Shown here: piece after piece, positions 35,737 to 44,080 of the stretch | How the letters are laid out: each line of letters begins with the position of its first letter | How positions within the stretch are numbered: position 1 is the stretch's first letter | Source of the DNA: Thermoplasmatota archaeon | Lineage (GTDB): Archaea > Thermoplasmatota > E2 > DHVEG-1 | Direction: 5' to 3' | Assembly: GCA_041550515.1 (NCBI GenBank) | Contig: JBFEOQ010000003.1 | Span: 2,537-66,536, forward strand | Length of the DNA: 64,000 nucleotides | The notes under the pieces: generated by a model | The model's input: only the letters and a program-made list of their open reading frames with translations | What the model was told of the DNA's origin: nothing | The model's database searches: none | Made by a program: the position numbers and the translations under genes

Positions 35737-37776
35737 ATGACTATGCAAAAAGTCGGTGTTATTGGTGCAGGAAATATGGGTAGCGGTATCGCACAGAAAA
35801 TCGCTCAAGAAGGCATCAATGTAGTGATGATTGATATCAAAGACGAATTTGTACAAAAAGGTCTGGAAAATATTAAAAAAACTTTATCTAAAGCTGTCGA
35901 AAGAAAAATATTTACAACTGAACAAAAAGAAGCAATTATAGACTGTGTTAAAGGTACGACAAACATGGATGAAATCAAAGATGCTGACCTTGTTATAGAA
36001 GCGGTTTTTGAAGATATGGATGTCAAAAAGAACCTTTTTAAAAAACTTGATAAAATATGCGATAAAAAAACTATTTTTTCTTCAAATACATCATCATTTT
36101 CTATAACTGAACTTGCCAAATCAGTAAAACGAGATGACCGATTTCTTGGGCTTCATTTCTTTTATCATCCAGCGATGAACCGTCTAGTAGAAATTGTTCC
36201 AGGAAAAAATACAAAGAAAGACACGATTTTATTAGCTAATACTTTTTCTCAGATGATTGGAAAAACTGCAATTCATGTAAAAGACGCTCCAGGTTTCGCA
36301 GTAAACCGTTTTTTTGTACCTTGGTTGAACGAAGCAACAAGAATTCTTGAGGAAGATATTGCAAATATTCCTACTATAGATGATATTGCTAAAAAAGTTT
36401 TTAAGATACCTATGGGACCATTTGAATTAATGAATGCGACTGGTCCACCTATTGCTTATCATTCTTGTATAGGTCTTGGAAATAAACTAGGTGAATTCTA
36501 TTTACCTAGCAGTTGCCTCAAGGAACAGATTGACAAAGGTAGTCTATGGAACTTAAATGGTGATATTGATGATACAAAAATTGGGGCGATAGAAGAACGA
36601 CTTCTTGGGGCAGTTTTCACGGTCGCTTGTACATTACTACAAGAAGATGTAACTAGCCTTGAAGATATTGATAGAGGTGCAAAAGTAGGTCTTAGATGGC
36701 AAAAAGGTCCATTTGAAATGATGAACAGATACAATATTGAAAATTCGTATGATATAGTTAAAAAGTTTGTAGAGAAATATTCCACCTTAAAAATGCCATC
36801 CAATATTAAACAACAATATGAAAAAGGACAGAATTGGACTTTTAACTATGTTGACCTTGAAATTAAGGATGACATTGCAAAAATCTTAATAAACAGACCT
36901 GAGGCAATGAACGCAATAAACGAATTAATTATTCAGCAATTAGATGAACAATTTACTAAAGCAGACAAAAATCCAAATGTTAAAGCTATTATTCTAGAAG
37001 GAGCTGGAAAAGCGTTTGTTGCAGGAGCAGATATTGGGTATTTTATCAAGAAGATAAAACAAAACAAAATCGATGATATCTGCAAATTCACAAGATATGG
37101 TCATACTGTTCTCAATAAAATAGATACATCCGAAAAACCGGTTATAGCCAAACTTGATGGTCTTGCATTAGGTGGTGGCGCTGAGATAGCACTTGCTGCA
37201 GATACAATAATTGCAACAGATAAAGGAAGTATAGGATTTCCGGAGACAGGGATAGGAATATATCCTGGCCTTGGTGGAACTCAGAGAACCACACGATACC
37301 TTGGTAAAGAATTAGCAAAATACTTGATTTTTACTGGTAAGGTTCTTGATGCTAGAACCGCTGCATCGATAGGCCTTGTAGAATATTTGTTACCAACAGA
37401 AGAAATAGACAAAAAGGTATCTGAACTTGTAAACAGTGGAAAAATATTGAGAAAATCAATGAAAAAAGAAGTTGAGCTTCCTGAAGATTTTCAAAAAATC
37501 AAGAACTATTTTTCAGACACCAATATCCAAAATATATTATCTGGTAATGGAGATTTAAACGAAGTTGAACAGAAGATTTCAAAAACGATATCTTATAAAG
37601 CACCACTTGCAATAAAACTAGCAAATAAAGTCATAGATGAAGGTAGTCAACTTGATTTAAAAAAGGGATTGGAAGTTGAGCTTTTCCATCTTAGAGAAAT
37701 ATTTTCAACTCAGGATGCCCTTGAAGGTTTAAACTCAGTAATAGTTAGAAAAAGACCTGAGTTTAAAGGGAAATAA
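35737..37776 (+). CDS. Fused 3-hydroxyacyl-CoA dehydrogenase (N) / enoyl-CoA hydratase (C)
   Basis: 679 aa. Rossmann motif VGVIGAGNMGSGIA at the N-terminus and a crotonase domain (GAGKAFVAGADI, GGGAEIALAAD) at the C-terminus. This is the reverse of bacterial FadB and is typical of archaea. Confidence 0.9.
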   Translation: MTMQKVGVIGAGNMGSGIAQKIAQEGINVVMIDIKDEFVQKGLENIKKTLSKAVERKIFTTEQKEAIIDCVKGTTNMDEIKDADLVIEAVFEDMDVKKNLFKKLDKICDKKTIFSSNTSSFSITELAKSVKRDDRFLGLHFFYHPAMNRLVEIVPGKNTKKDTILLANTFSQMIGKTAIHVKDAPGFAVNRFFVPWLNEATRILEEDIANIPTIDDIAKKVFKIPMGPFELMNATGPPIAYHSCIGLGNKLGEFYLPSSCLKEQIDKGSLWNLNGDIDDTKIGAIEERLLGAVFTVACTLLQEDVTSLEDIDRGAKVGLRWQKGPFEMMNRYNIENSYDIVKKFVEKYSTLKMPSNIKQQYEKGQNWTFNYVDLEIKDDIAKILINRPEAMNAINELIIQQLDEQFTKADKNPNVKAIILEGAGKAFVAGADIGYFIKKIKQNKIDDICKFTRYGHTVLNKIDTSEKPVIAKLDGLALGGGAEIALAADTIIATDKGSIGFPETGIGIYPGLGGTQRTTRYLGKELAKYLIFTGKVLDARTAASIGLVEYLLPTEEIDKKVSELVNSGKILRKSMKKEVELPEDFQKIKNYFSDTNIQNILSGNGDLNEVEQKISKTISYKAPLAIKLANKVIDEGSQLDLKKGLEVELFHLREIFSTQDALEGLNSVIVRKRPEFKGK

Positions 37777-37782
37777 ATAAAT

Positions 37783-38550
37783 TTATTTGTTTTTCCAAAT
37801 AGGCTGTCTTTTTTCCATAAAAGCTGATAATCCTTCATTTGCATCATCAGTTTTCATTAGTTCATTAAGGTAAATATCTTCAATTTTCTTAATTGAATTT
37901 GAATAGTTTTGACTTACTCCTTCTATAAATGCTCTCTTTGTAAGTTGCATAACAACTGCACTATTACTTGCAAGTTTTTCATTAATGAACTTTTCAGCCT
38001 CAGCTTCAAATTTTTCAAATGGAAGAATATGATTAACAAGTCCAAGATCTTTCGCTTCATCTGCTTTAATTATATCACCAGTCACGATTAGCTCAAGTGC
38101 TTTTTTACTACACATGAGCTTTGGGAAAATTGCTGCTGCTACTGGTGGTATTACACCAACTTTGATTTCAGGTTGTCCAAATTTCGCTTTCTCAGAAGCA
38201 ATAACTATATCACAAAACATAGCAACTTCGCATCCTCCTCCAAGTGCTGCACCATTAACAAGTGCAACAGTTGGAGCTTTGATTTTCAGGAGATTAGTGA
38301 AAATATTATGAAAAACCTGGATCATCTCATTGACTTTTTCTTTTGTATGATCAGATATATCAACACCAGCTGAGAATGCTTTACCATCTGCATCAATAAT
38401 AAGAACTTTCAAATAACGACCTTGAAATTCTTCCAATGCCTGATTTATCTCCTTCATCATTTCGATATTCAGAACATTTAAAGGTGGTTTATTGAATGTG
38501 ATTCTACCAATCATATCTTTTTCTTCTACAAGTATTGTCTTATAACCCAC
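37783..38550 (-). CDS. dch: Crotonase-family hydratase, cyclohexa-1,5-diene-1-carbonyl-CoA hydratase (Dch/BamR)-like
   Basis: 255 aa. KPPLNVL, KAFSAGVDISDH, KFGQPEIKVGVIPPVAA and the C-terminal YLNELM..DDANEGLSAFMEKR match my recollection of Dch-type hydratases. It sits 9 nt downstream of the had-like gene. Confidence 0.7.
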   Translation of the reverse strand: MGYKTILVEEKDMIGRITFNKPPLNVLNIEMMKEINQALEEFQGRYLKVLIIDADGKAFSAGVDISDHTKEKVNEMIQVFHNIFTNLLKIKAPTVALVNGAALGGGCEVAMFCDIVIASEKAKFGQPEIKVGVIPPVAAAIFPKLMCSKKALELIVTGDIIKADEAKDLGLVNHILPFEKFEAEAEKFINEKLASNSAVVMQLTKRAFIEGVSQNYSNSIKKIEDIYLNELMKTDDANEGLSAFMEKRQPIWKNK

Positions 38551-38559
38551 AATCTCACC

Positions 38560-39732
38560 TCATAAAATATTAATGGTTGCTCTTCCAAGGATCTTCCCGG
38601 CTTCCAAATCATGTATCGCATTTTCTAATCTATCAAGAGTATAATTCTTATTTGTAACAAGTAAATTAAGATCAATAATTCCGTCCTCTACAGCCTTTAC
38701 ATTTTCTTCCATTTCATTCATTGGACAAGCCCATGTTCCATTAATTGTAAGATATTTATCCATGATTTTCTGATTCAAAAATTCTTTTACGGGTTTAGGT
38801 GGCCACCCAACTTGAATAACAGTACGATTCTTGCTTGTTGTTTCCACAGCTACTGGAAATGTATCTGGTACACCCGAGCAATCAAGTACACAATCGACCT
38901 GGAATTTATCCTCTGCTAAATTTGAAGATATATGTCTAGCTAGTCCGGATATTGCTTTTGCTTTATCTCGTCCACTAAGCTCATTTATTATGATATTGTT
39001 CTCCTCAAAATAGGTTTTAGAATTTACTGTATGTGTAGCTCCAAGATCTTTAGCAAACTTAAGCTTATTGTCAAAAATATCAACAGCTACCACGTTTTTT
39101 GCTTGGAAATATTTAGCTGCAAGGTTTACAGATGGTCCACCAACACCACCAACTCCAAAGACAACTACATTTTTTCCATTAAGCCAATGAGTGTTACGAT
39201 CTAACAATTTATTCGAATTTGACGAGTTTTGGATTATATGTAAAGGAATAGATCTACTTTTCAATGCATGAAATGGTGTTGAAACAGCATCTGGAATAAT
39301 ACATGCCTCGTCTAAAGGTACATTATTTTTAATCTTGAAAGTATATTTTGAGGGAACAGCGATTAATTCCGCATCACCACCATTTACTCCATGTCCAATA
39401 AAAACAGAATTCTTACATCTATTTGTCAATCCTTCTCTACAAGAAGGACAATTTTCATCATCACATCCTGGATATACAGGAGGAATAATTACATGGTCAC
39501 CAACTTCTAAACCTTTAGCAGATTTACCAAGATCCTCCACAATACCTGCGATTTCATGACCTATAATAAGCGGTGGTTTAAATGGAACAAAACCACGATA
39601 TAGTGTACGGTCTGTACTGCATAATCCTACATTTTTTGATTTAATTAAAACATCGGATTCATTAACAATTGGATCATCATAATCAGTGACAATATTCAGC
39701 TCTTCTTTTCCATATAAAACTGCAGCTTTCAT
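38560..39732 (-). CDS. had: Zn-dependent MDR alcohol dehydrogenase, 6-hydroxycyclohex-1-ene-1-carbonyl-CoA dehydrogenase (Had)-like
   Basis: 390 aa. GHEIAG, a structural-zinc Cys cluster CDDENCPSCREGLTNRC and the Rossmann motif GVGGVGG. The role is inferred from the dch/oah neighbours. Confidence 0.7.
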   Translation of the reverse strand: MKAAVLYGKEELNIVTDYDDPIVNESDVLIKSKNVGLCSTDRTLYRGFVPFKPPLIIGHEIAGIVEDLGKSAKGLEVGDHVIIPPVYPGCDDENCPSCREGLTNRCKNSVFIGHGVNGGDAELIAVPSKYTFKIKNNVPLDEACIIPDAVSTPFHALKSRSIPLHIIQNSSNSNKLLDRNTHWLNGKNVVVFGVGGVGGPSVNLAAKYFQAKNVVAVDIFDNKLKFAKDLGATHTVNSKTYFEENNIIINELSGRDKAKAISGLARHISSNLAEDKFQVDCVLDCSGVPDTFPVAVETTSKNRTVIQVGWPPKPVKEFLNQKIMDKYLTINGTWACPMNEMEENVKAVEDGIIDLNLLVTNKNYTLDRLENAIHDLEAGKILGRATINIL

Positions 39733-39870
39733 ATCTTTCCCCCGGTTTTTGTGATATAATGAAGAGTATATAATATTATTTATTTTTAAGATATGAAGAT
39801 ATTAAAAAAGATATAAATAATATTGACCTTATTCAGCTCTACAATTGTTATGATAAGGGAGGATTGAAAA
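39733..39870. promoter_or_regulatory. Divergent had-dch / oah promoter region with three AAGATAT direct repeats
   Basis: A 138-bp spacer. AAGATAT occurs at 39788-39794, 39796-39802 and 39808-39814. GGGAGG lies upstream of the oah ATG. Confidence 0.4.
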
Positions 39871-41013
39871 ATGTCATTAGATTGGTTACCAAGAGATAAT
39901 GAAATAAAAAATCATGATTTATGGGGCAAAGAATATTTTAGTAAGGAACCTCCAAGTGTAATTTATGAATTAAAACCTGTAATTGATTCTGAAGGAAACA
40001 AAGTAAAAGGACTAAATTCTGCTTGGATTATATTAAACAATCCAACTCAATATAACTCTTATACTACAGATATGACAAAAGGAGTAATTGCAGGCTTTCA
40101 AAAAGCATCTATGGATCGCAGTGTTGTAGCAGCAGTATTTACTGCGGTAGGAGATAAAGCATTTTGTACAGGTGGGAATACAAAAGAATACGCTGAATAC
40201 TATAGTAGTCGACCTAATGAATATGGTTTATACATGGATTTATTCAATGCTATGGTCGATGGAATCCTAAATTGTAAGAAACCAACAATTTGCCGAGTAA
40301 ATGGTATGCGAGTCGCAGGTGGACAAGAAATAGGAATGGCCTGTGATATAGCTATTTCCTCAGATTTAGCGATATTTGGACAAGCAGGTCCCAGACATGG
40401 CTCTGCACCAGATGGAGGTTCTACTGATTTTCTACCATGGTTTTTAGGAATCGAGGATGCAATGTGGAACTGCATATCTTGTGAATTATGGTCGGCATAT
40501 AAAACTAAAAGATTAGGACTCATTAGCAAAGTTGTTCCAGTACTAAAAAAGGGTAACAAATTCATAAGAAACCCAACAGTTATAACTGATAAATACATAG
40601 AAGATGGTGAAATCGTTTATGGTAATTTTCTTAGAGGAGATGAGTTCAAAAAATCAAGAGAGATCATAAAATCTACACCTTCTGATTTTACATTGCTTGA
40701 TAAAGAAGTCGATAAAATCATATGGACTTATACCAATCTTATGCCCGGTTGCTTAATTAAATCCATTGATGGAATCAGATTGAAAAAAAAGTATTTTTGG
40801 GATCAGACAAAACTTGCAAATCGTCACTGGCTTGCAGCTAACATGCAAACTGAAGCTTTCCTTGGATTTAATGCTTTTAACAATAAAAAATTAACCGGAA
40901 AAGACGTTATTGATTTCGTAAAATACAGACAACTAATCGCAGAAGGCCAGCAATTTGATGATGAATTAATCGAGGCAGTTTTACCAAAACCTGTAAAAAA
41001 AAGTAAATCTTAA
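39871..41013 (+). CDS. bamA: 6-oxocyclohex-1-ene-1-carbonyl-CoA hydrolase (ring-cleaving Oah/BamA)
   Basis: A 380-aa atypical crotonase. It contains QYNSYTT (40048-40068) and GQEIGM (40321-40338). To my recollection these are the conserved blocks targeted by the degenerate bamA marker primers. It also carries FCTGGNTKEYAEYY and FGQAGPRHGSAPDGG. Confidence 0.85.
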   Translation: MSLDWLPRDNEIKNHDLWGKEYFSKEPPSVIYELKPVIDSEGNKVKGLNSAWIILNNPTQYNSYTTDMTKGVIAGFQKASMDRSVVAAVFTAVGDKAFCTGGNTKEYAEYYSSRPNEYGLYMDLFNAMVDGILNCKKPTICRVNGMRVAGGQEIGMACDIAISSDLAIFGQAGPRHGSAPDGGSTDFLPWFLGIEDAMWNCISCELWSAYKTKRLGLISKVVPVLKKGNKFIRNPTVITDKYIEDGEIVYGNFLRGDEFKKSREIIKSTPSDFTLLDKEVDKIIWTYTNLMPGCLIKSIDGIRLKKKYFWDQTKLANRHWLAANMQTEAFLGFNAFNNKKLTGKDVIDFVKYRQLIAEGQQFDDELIEAVLPKPVKKSKS

Positions 41014-41429
41014 GTTTTTTCAATTGTGTAATAAAGCTTGATCTCTTCGATTTCCTCAAAGATACGTGGTACAATCTTAACAGGCATGCCGATTTTAATT
41101 TCTTTATCACTTATATCTTTAGTCCATGCTATCAACCGTCCACCTTCCTTAAGATCAACAATACCCAAAGTATAAGGAACAATATCCTCAAAACCTTTTG
41201 GTGCAGCATGTATTTTAGTAAAACTTGCAAGTGTACCTTTACCAGAATATTCAATCCATTCGGTTGTATCGGTTAAACATTTTAGACAATCTGCACGTGG
41301 CGGAAAATACCTTTCACCGCATTTTTTACATTTTGTACCCATGAGTTTTCCTTTCTGAAGATAGTCAGCAAACTTATCTACCTTTGTATAAGGTGTGAAA
41401 TTGATTTTTCCAAAGTATTTAAATGGCAT
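41010..41429 (-). CDS. DUF35 Zn-ribbon/OB-fold protein (thiolase partner, BbsA-like)
   Basis: 139 aa. Zinc ribbon CKKCGERYFPPRADCLKC followed by an OB fold. It lies 4 nt downstream of the SCP-x-type thiolase. Confidence 0.85.
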   Translation of the reverse strand: MPFKYFGKINFTPYTKVDKFADYLQKGKLMGTKCKKCGERYFPPRADCLKCLTDTTEWIEYSGKGTLASFTKIHAAPKGFEDIVPYTLGIVDLKEGGRLIAWTKDISDKEIKIGMPVKIVPRIFEEIEEIKLYYTIEKT

Positions 41430-41433
41430 ATTT

Positions 41434-42585
41434 TTACCTCCTCAAGATATTTACAAAGGTATATTGACCTATTCCACCGACATTATGTGTAAGTCCAACT
41501 TCAGCATTTGAAACCTGTCTTTTACCAGCAATTCCTCGGAGTTGCTTCACAATTTCTACAGTCATTGAAACGCCAGTTGCCCCAACAGGATGACCTTTTG
41601 CTTTAAGTCCTCCATCAACATTAACAGGTGTTTTACCATCAATATAGGATTGTTTTTCTTCTATGAATTTTCCACCTCGACCTTTTGGGCAGAAACTAAG
41701 GTTTTCATATGCCATAATCTCAGCAATTGTAAAGCAATCATGAACTTCAGCAACCTGGATATCAGATGGTTTAACATTTGCCTGATTGTATGCTTGTTTT
41801 CCAGCTTCAATTGCACTGGGTATTTCATATAAGTTTGGTCTACGAAGAAGAGACATTTGTGCAGATGCAGATCCCATACCTTCAAACCAGATAGGTGAAT
41901 CAGAGTATTTCTTTGCAAGTTTTTCATTAGTCATAATAACACATGCCGCTCCATCTGCATTAGCACAGCAATCGAAAACTTTCAAAGGAAAGGCAACTTC
42001 ATCTGATTTTAGTACCCTTTCTAGTGTAACTTCTTTCTGGAAAAAGGAGTTTGGATTCATTGTACCATAATGATGGTTCTTTACTGCCACCTGTGCCATT
42101 TGCTCCATTGTTGTACCGAACTCATGCATATGACTGGTTGCATATAATGCATAATATCCAGGGAATGTGGTACCAAATATTGATTCCCATTGAACATCTC
42201 CAACTCGACCCATTAATGCTAAAATTGCATCAGTTGAAAGTTCTCTCATTTTTTGAACTCCTATCACTGCAACAATGTCATGCATTCCTGACTTTACGGC
42301 CATATAAGCTGTTCTAATTGCAGCACTTCCAGAGGCACAAGCAGCCTCTGTTAACCAGACGGATTTTGGATTCATACCGACATATTCAGCTACAACTCCA
42401 GGAATTGAACGCTGCATGTGATATTCAGGAACTGATCCAACCACCAAAGCATCTATGTCTTCTTTTCTTAGATTTTTAGTATTTTCAATAGCTTGTTTAA
42501 AAGGTTCAAAAGCAAGCTCTTGAACTGTGGCATCACTACGATTACCAAATCTCCCATGACCTATTCCAATGATACCAACCTTCAC
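41434..42585 (-). CDS. SCP-x/archaeal-type thiolase
   Basis: 383 aa. Nucleophile EAACASGSAA, GHPVGATG and the C-terminal HNVGG. Confidence 0.85.
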   Translation of the reverse strand: MKVGIIGIGHGRFGNRSDATVQELAFEPFKQAIENTKNLRKEDIDALVVGSVPEYHMQRSIPGVVAEYVGMNPKSVWLTEAACASGSAAIRTAYMAVKSGMHDIVAVIGVQKMRELSTDAILALMGRVGDVQWESIFGTTFPGYYALYATSHMHEFGTTMEQMAQVAVKNHHYGTMNPNSFFQKEVTLERVLKSDEVAFPLKVFDCCANADGAACVIMTNEKLAKKYSDSPIWFEGMGSASAQMSLLRRPNLYEIPSAIEAGKQAYNQANVKPSDIQVAEVHDCFTIAEIMAYENLSFCPKGRGGKFIEEKQSYIDGKTPVNVDGGLKAKGHPVGATGVSMTVEIVKQLRGIAGKRQVSNAEVGLTHNVGGIGQYTFVNILRR

Positions 42586-42600
42586 TCTTTCACCTACTTT

Positions 42601-43344
42601 CTAAATATATTGACCGCCATCAACTTTGACAACTTCCCCTGTTATGTGTCGTGATTTTTCACTGCATAAGAAAACAACAACATTAGCGATATCCTCAGTT
42701 GTTGCAATACGTCCTAAAACAGTTTCATCAACTGCTTTTTGTAAAAACTCTGGTGGTATTTTCTTAGCCATCTCTGTCATTACCATACCTGGTGCTAAAG
42801 CATTAACGTTAACGTTGAATTTGCCAACTTCTTTAGCAAGTGCTTTCGTTAGAGCGATTATTCCTCCTTTTGAAGCAGAATAATTGGTTTGACCAAATTT
42901 CCCTCTTAATCCATTAATGGATGTGACGTTTACAATTTTTCCAGAACGTTTTCTTTTAAAATGTTCAGCTGCAAGTTTGTTGTATATAAAGTATCCTTTG
43001 AGATTCACATTAATAACATTATCCCAATCTGCTTCGCTCATCTTCCAAATAACACGATCTTTGTTTATACCAGCGTTACATACAAGGATGTCTAAACCAC
43101 CAAATTCTTTTATTGTCTTTTTGAACATTGCCTCTGCATCATTATAATTCGTAACATCTGCTTTTATTACTAGACATTTTTTTCCTAATTTCTCAATCTT
43201 TTTTGCTACTGTTTTTGCTTCGATATCATGTTTTCTATAGTTGATTGCGACATTGGTACCTGCGCGAGCAAGTTCAACTGCGATGGTTGCACCGATTCCT
43301 ATACTACCACCTGTAATAATAGCTGATTTATCTTTTAATTCCAT
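42601..43344 (-). CDS. Short-chain dehydrogenase/reductase (FabG-like 3-oxo/3-hydroxyacyl reductase)
   Basis: TGGSIGIG, NAG and the YSASK catalytic motif. The start is taken at ATG 43344 (MELKDKSAIITGG). Confidence 0.9.
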   Translation of the reverse strand: MELKDKSAIITGGSIGIGATIAVELARAGTNVAINYRKHDIEAKTVAKKIEKLGKKCLVIKADVTNYNDAEAMFKKTIKEFGGLDILVCNAGINKDRVIWKMSEADWDNVINVNLKGYFIYNKLAAEHFKRKRSGKIVNVTSINGLRGKFGQTNYSASKGGIIALTKALAKEVGKFNVNVNALAPGMVMTEMAKKIPPEFLQKAVDETVLGRIATTEDIANVVVFLCSEKSRHITGEVVKVDGGQYI

Positions 43345-43481
43345 TCGATAAGTCTCCAACAATTTAAAATCGGTAGCAATTCTCATATTATTTTAGTTTT
43401 GGGTAAGTATGAGATTATAAAAAGGTTTAAATATAAAATTTTAATGACTATAATATAGCTATAATGTAGCTGGGGATTATT

Positions 43482-43619
43482 ATGGAAAATTATACAAAAT
43501 TTGAAGTTTATGGGGAAGAAATGCTCGAGAAGATTGTTAAAAAATGCGGTAACAGTGGTCGTATTTATCTTCCTCCAGATTGGATTGAAAAAAAAGTCAA
43601 AATAATAAGAATTGATTGA
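43482..43619 (+). CDS. Unannotated 45-aa ORF, DUF2080/AbrB-SpoVT-like small protein
   Basis: The translation is MENYTKFEVYGEEMLEKIVKKCGNSGRIYLPPDWIEKKVKIIRID. The GNSGRIYLP..W..KKVK pattern resembles swapped-hairpin AbrB-like/DUF2080 proteins. It ends 14 nt before the GNAT gene at the head of the operon. Confidence 0.4.
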   Translation: MENYTKFEVYGEEMLEKIVKKCGNSGRIYLPPDWIEKKVKIIRID

Positions 43620-43633
43620 GGAGATAAGTTATT

Positions 43634-44080
43634 ATGAACAAAATAAAAGTAAGACCTATGGAAGTAGAAGATATTACCCAGGCAGCTGACATTCATCGTA
43701 GGGTTGTTAGAAAAGGTCTTGGTCCAAGTACAAACTATCCAATTGAAAACCTGTTTAAATCTTTTATTAAAAAGAGCCCTAAAACTTGTATTGTAGCTGA
43801 AAAGGATAACAGAATTGCTGGTTTTGTTATTGGTAGTATAAAAGAATGGGTATTTGGTGTTGAACGTTCCGGTTGGATAGAGTTGGTTGAGGTTGATCCC
43901 AAACTTATGGGAATGGGTATTGGTAAAAATCTTGGAGATTCTTTAATCGAACATTTTCGAGATGAAGATATAAAAGAGGTTTATACTTCAGTAAAATGGG
44001 ATAGTGGAGATTTAATTGCTTTTTTCAAATCAATAGGACTTTATAAGAGTAGTTTTATAAACCTTGAAAGGGGGTTGTAA
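43634..44080 (+). CDS. GNAT family acetyltransferase
   Basis: 148 aa. Acetyl-CoA motif MGMGIGKNLGDSL. It overlaps the following reductase gene by 17 nt. Confidence 0.8.
   Translation: MNKIKVRPMEVEDITQAADIHRRVVRKGLGPSTNYPIENLFKSFIKKSPKTCIVAEKDNRIAGFVIGSIKEWVFGVERSGWIELVEVDPKLMGMGIGKNLGDSLIEHFRDEDIKEVYTSVKWDSGDLIAFFKSIGLYKSSFINLERGL

Noticed and set aside
40200-40598. A 132-aa ORF antisense to bamA, and similar long alternative-frame ORFs in the track (for example 30673-31020, 16228-16575, 5162-5494, 35805-36119, 36498-36803, 46085-46390, 60214-60531, 51987-52322).
   Set aside because: Each is fully embedded in a strongly supported gene on another frame or strand. The translations are low-complexity (F/I/L/S/K-rich), lack motifs, and are the expected by-product of AT-rich coding sequence.
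43482-43619. Reading the DUF2080-like ORF (family label: putative transposon-encoded protein) as evidence of a mobile element.
   Set aside because: There is no transposase, no terminal inverted repeat and no target duplication nearby. The ORF is tightly integrated at the head of a metabolic operon.
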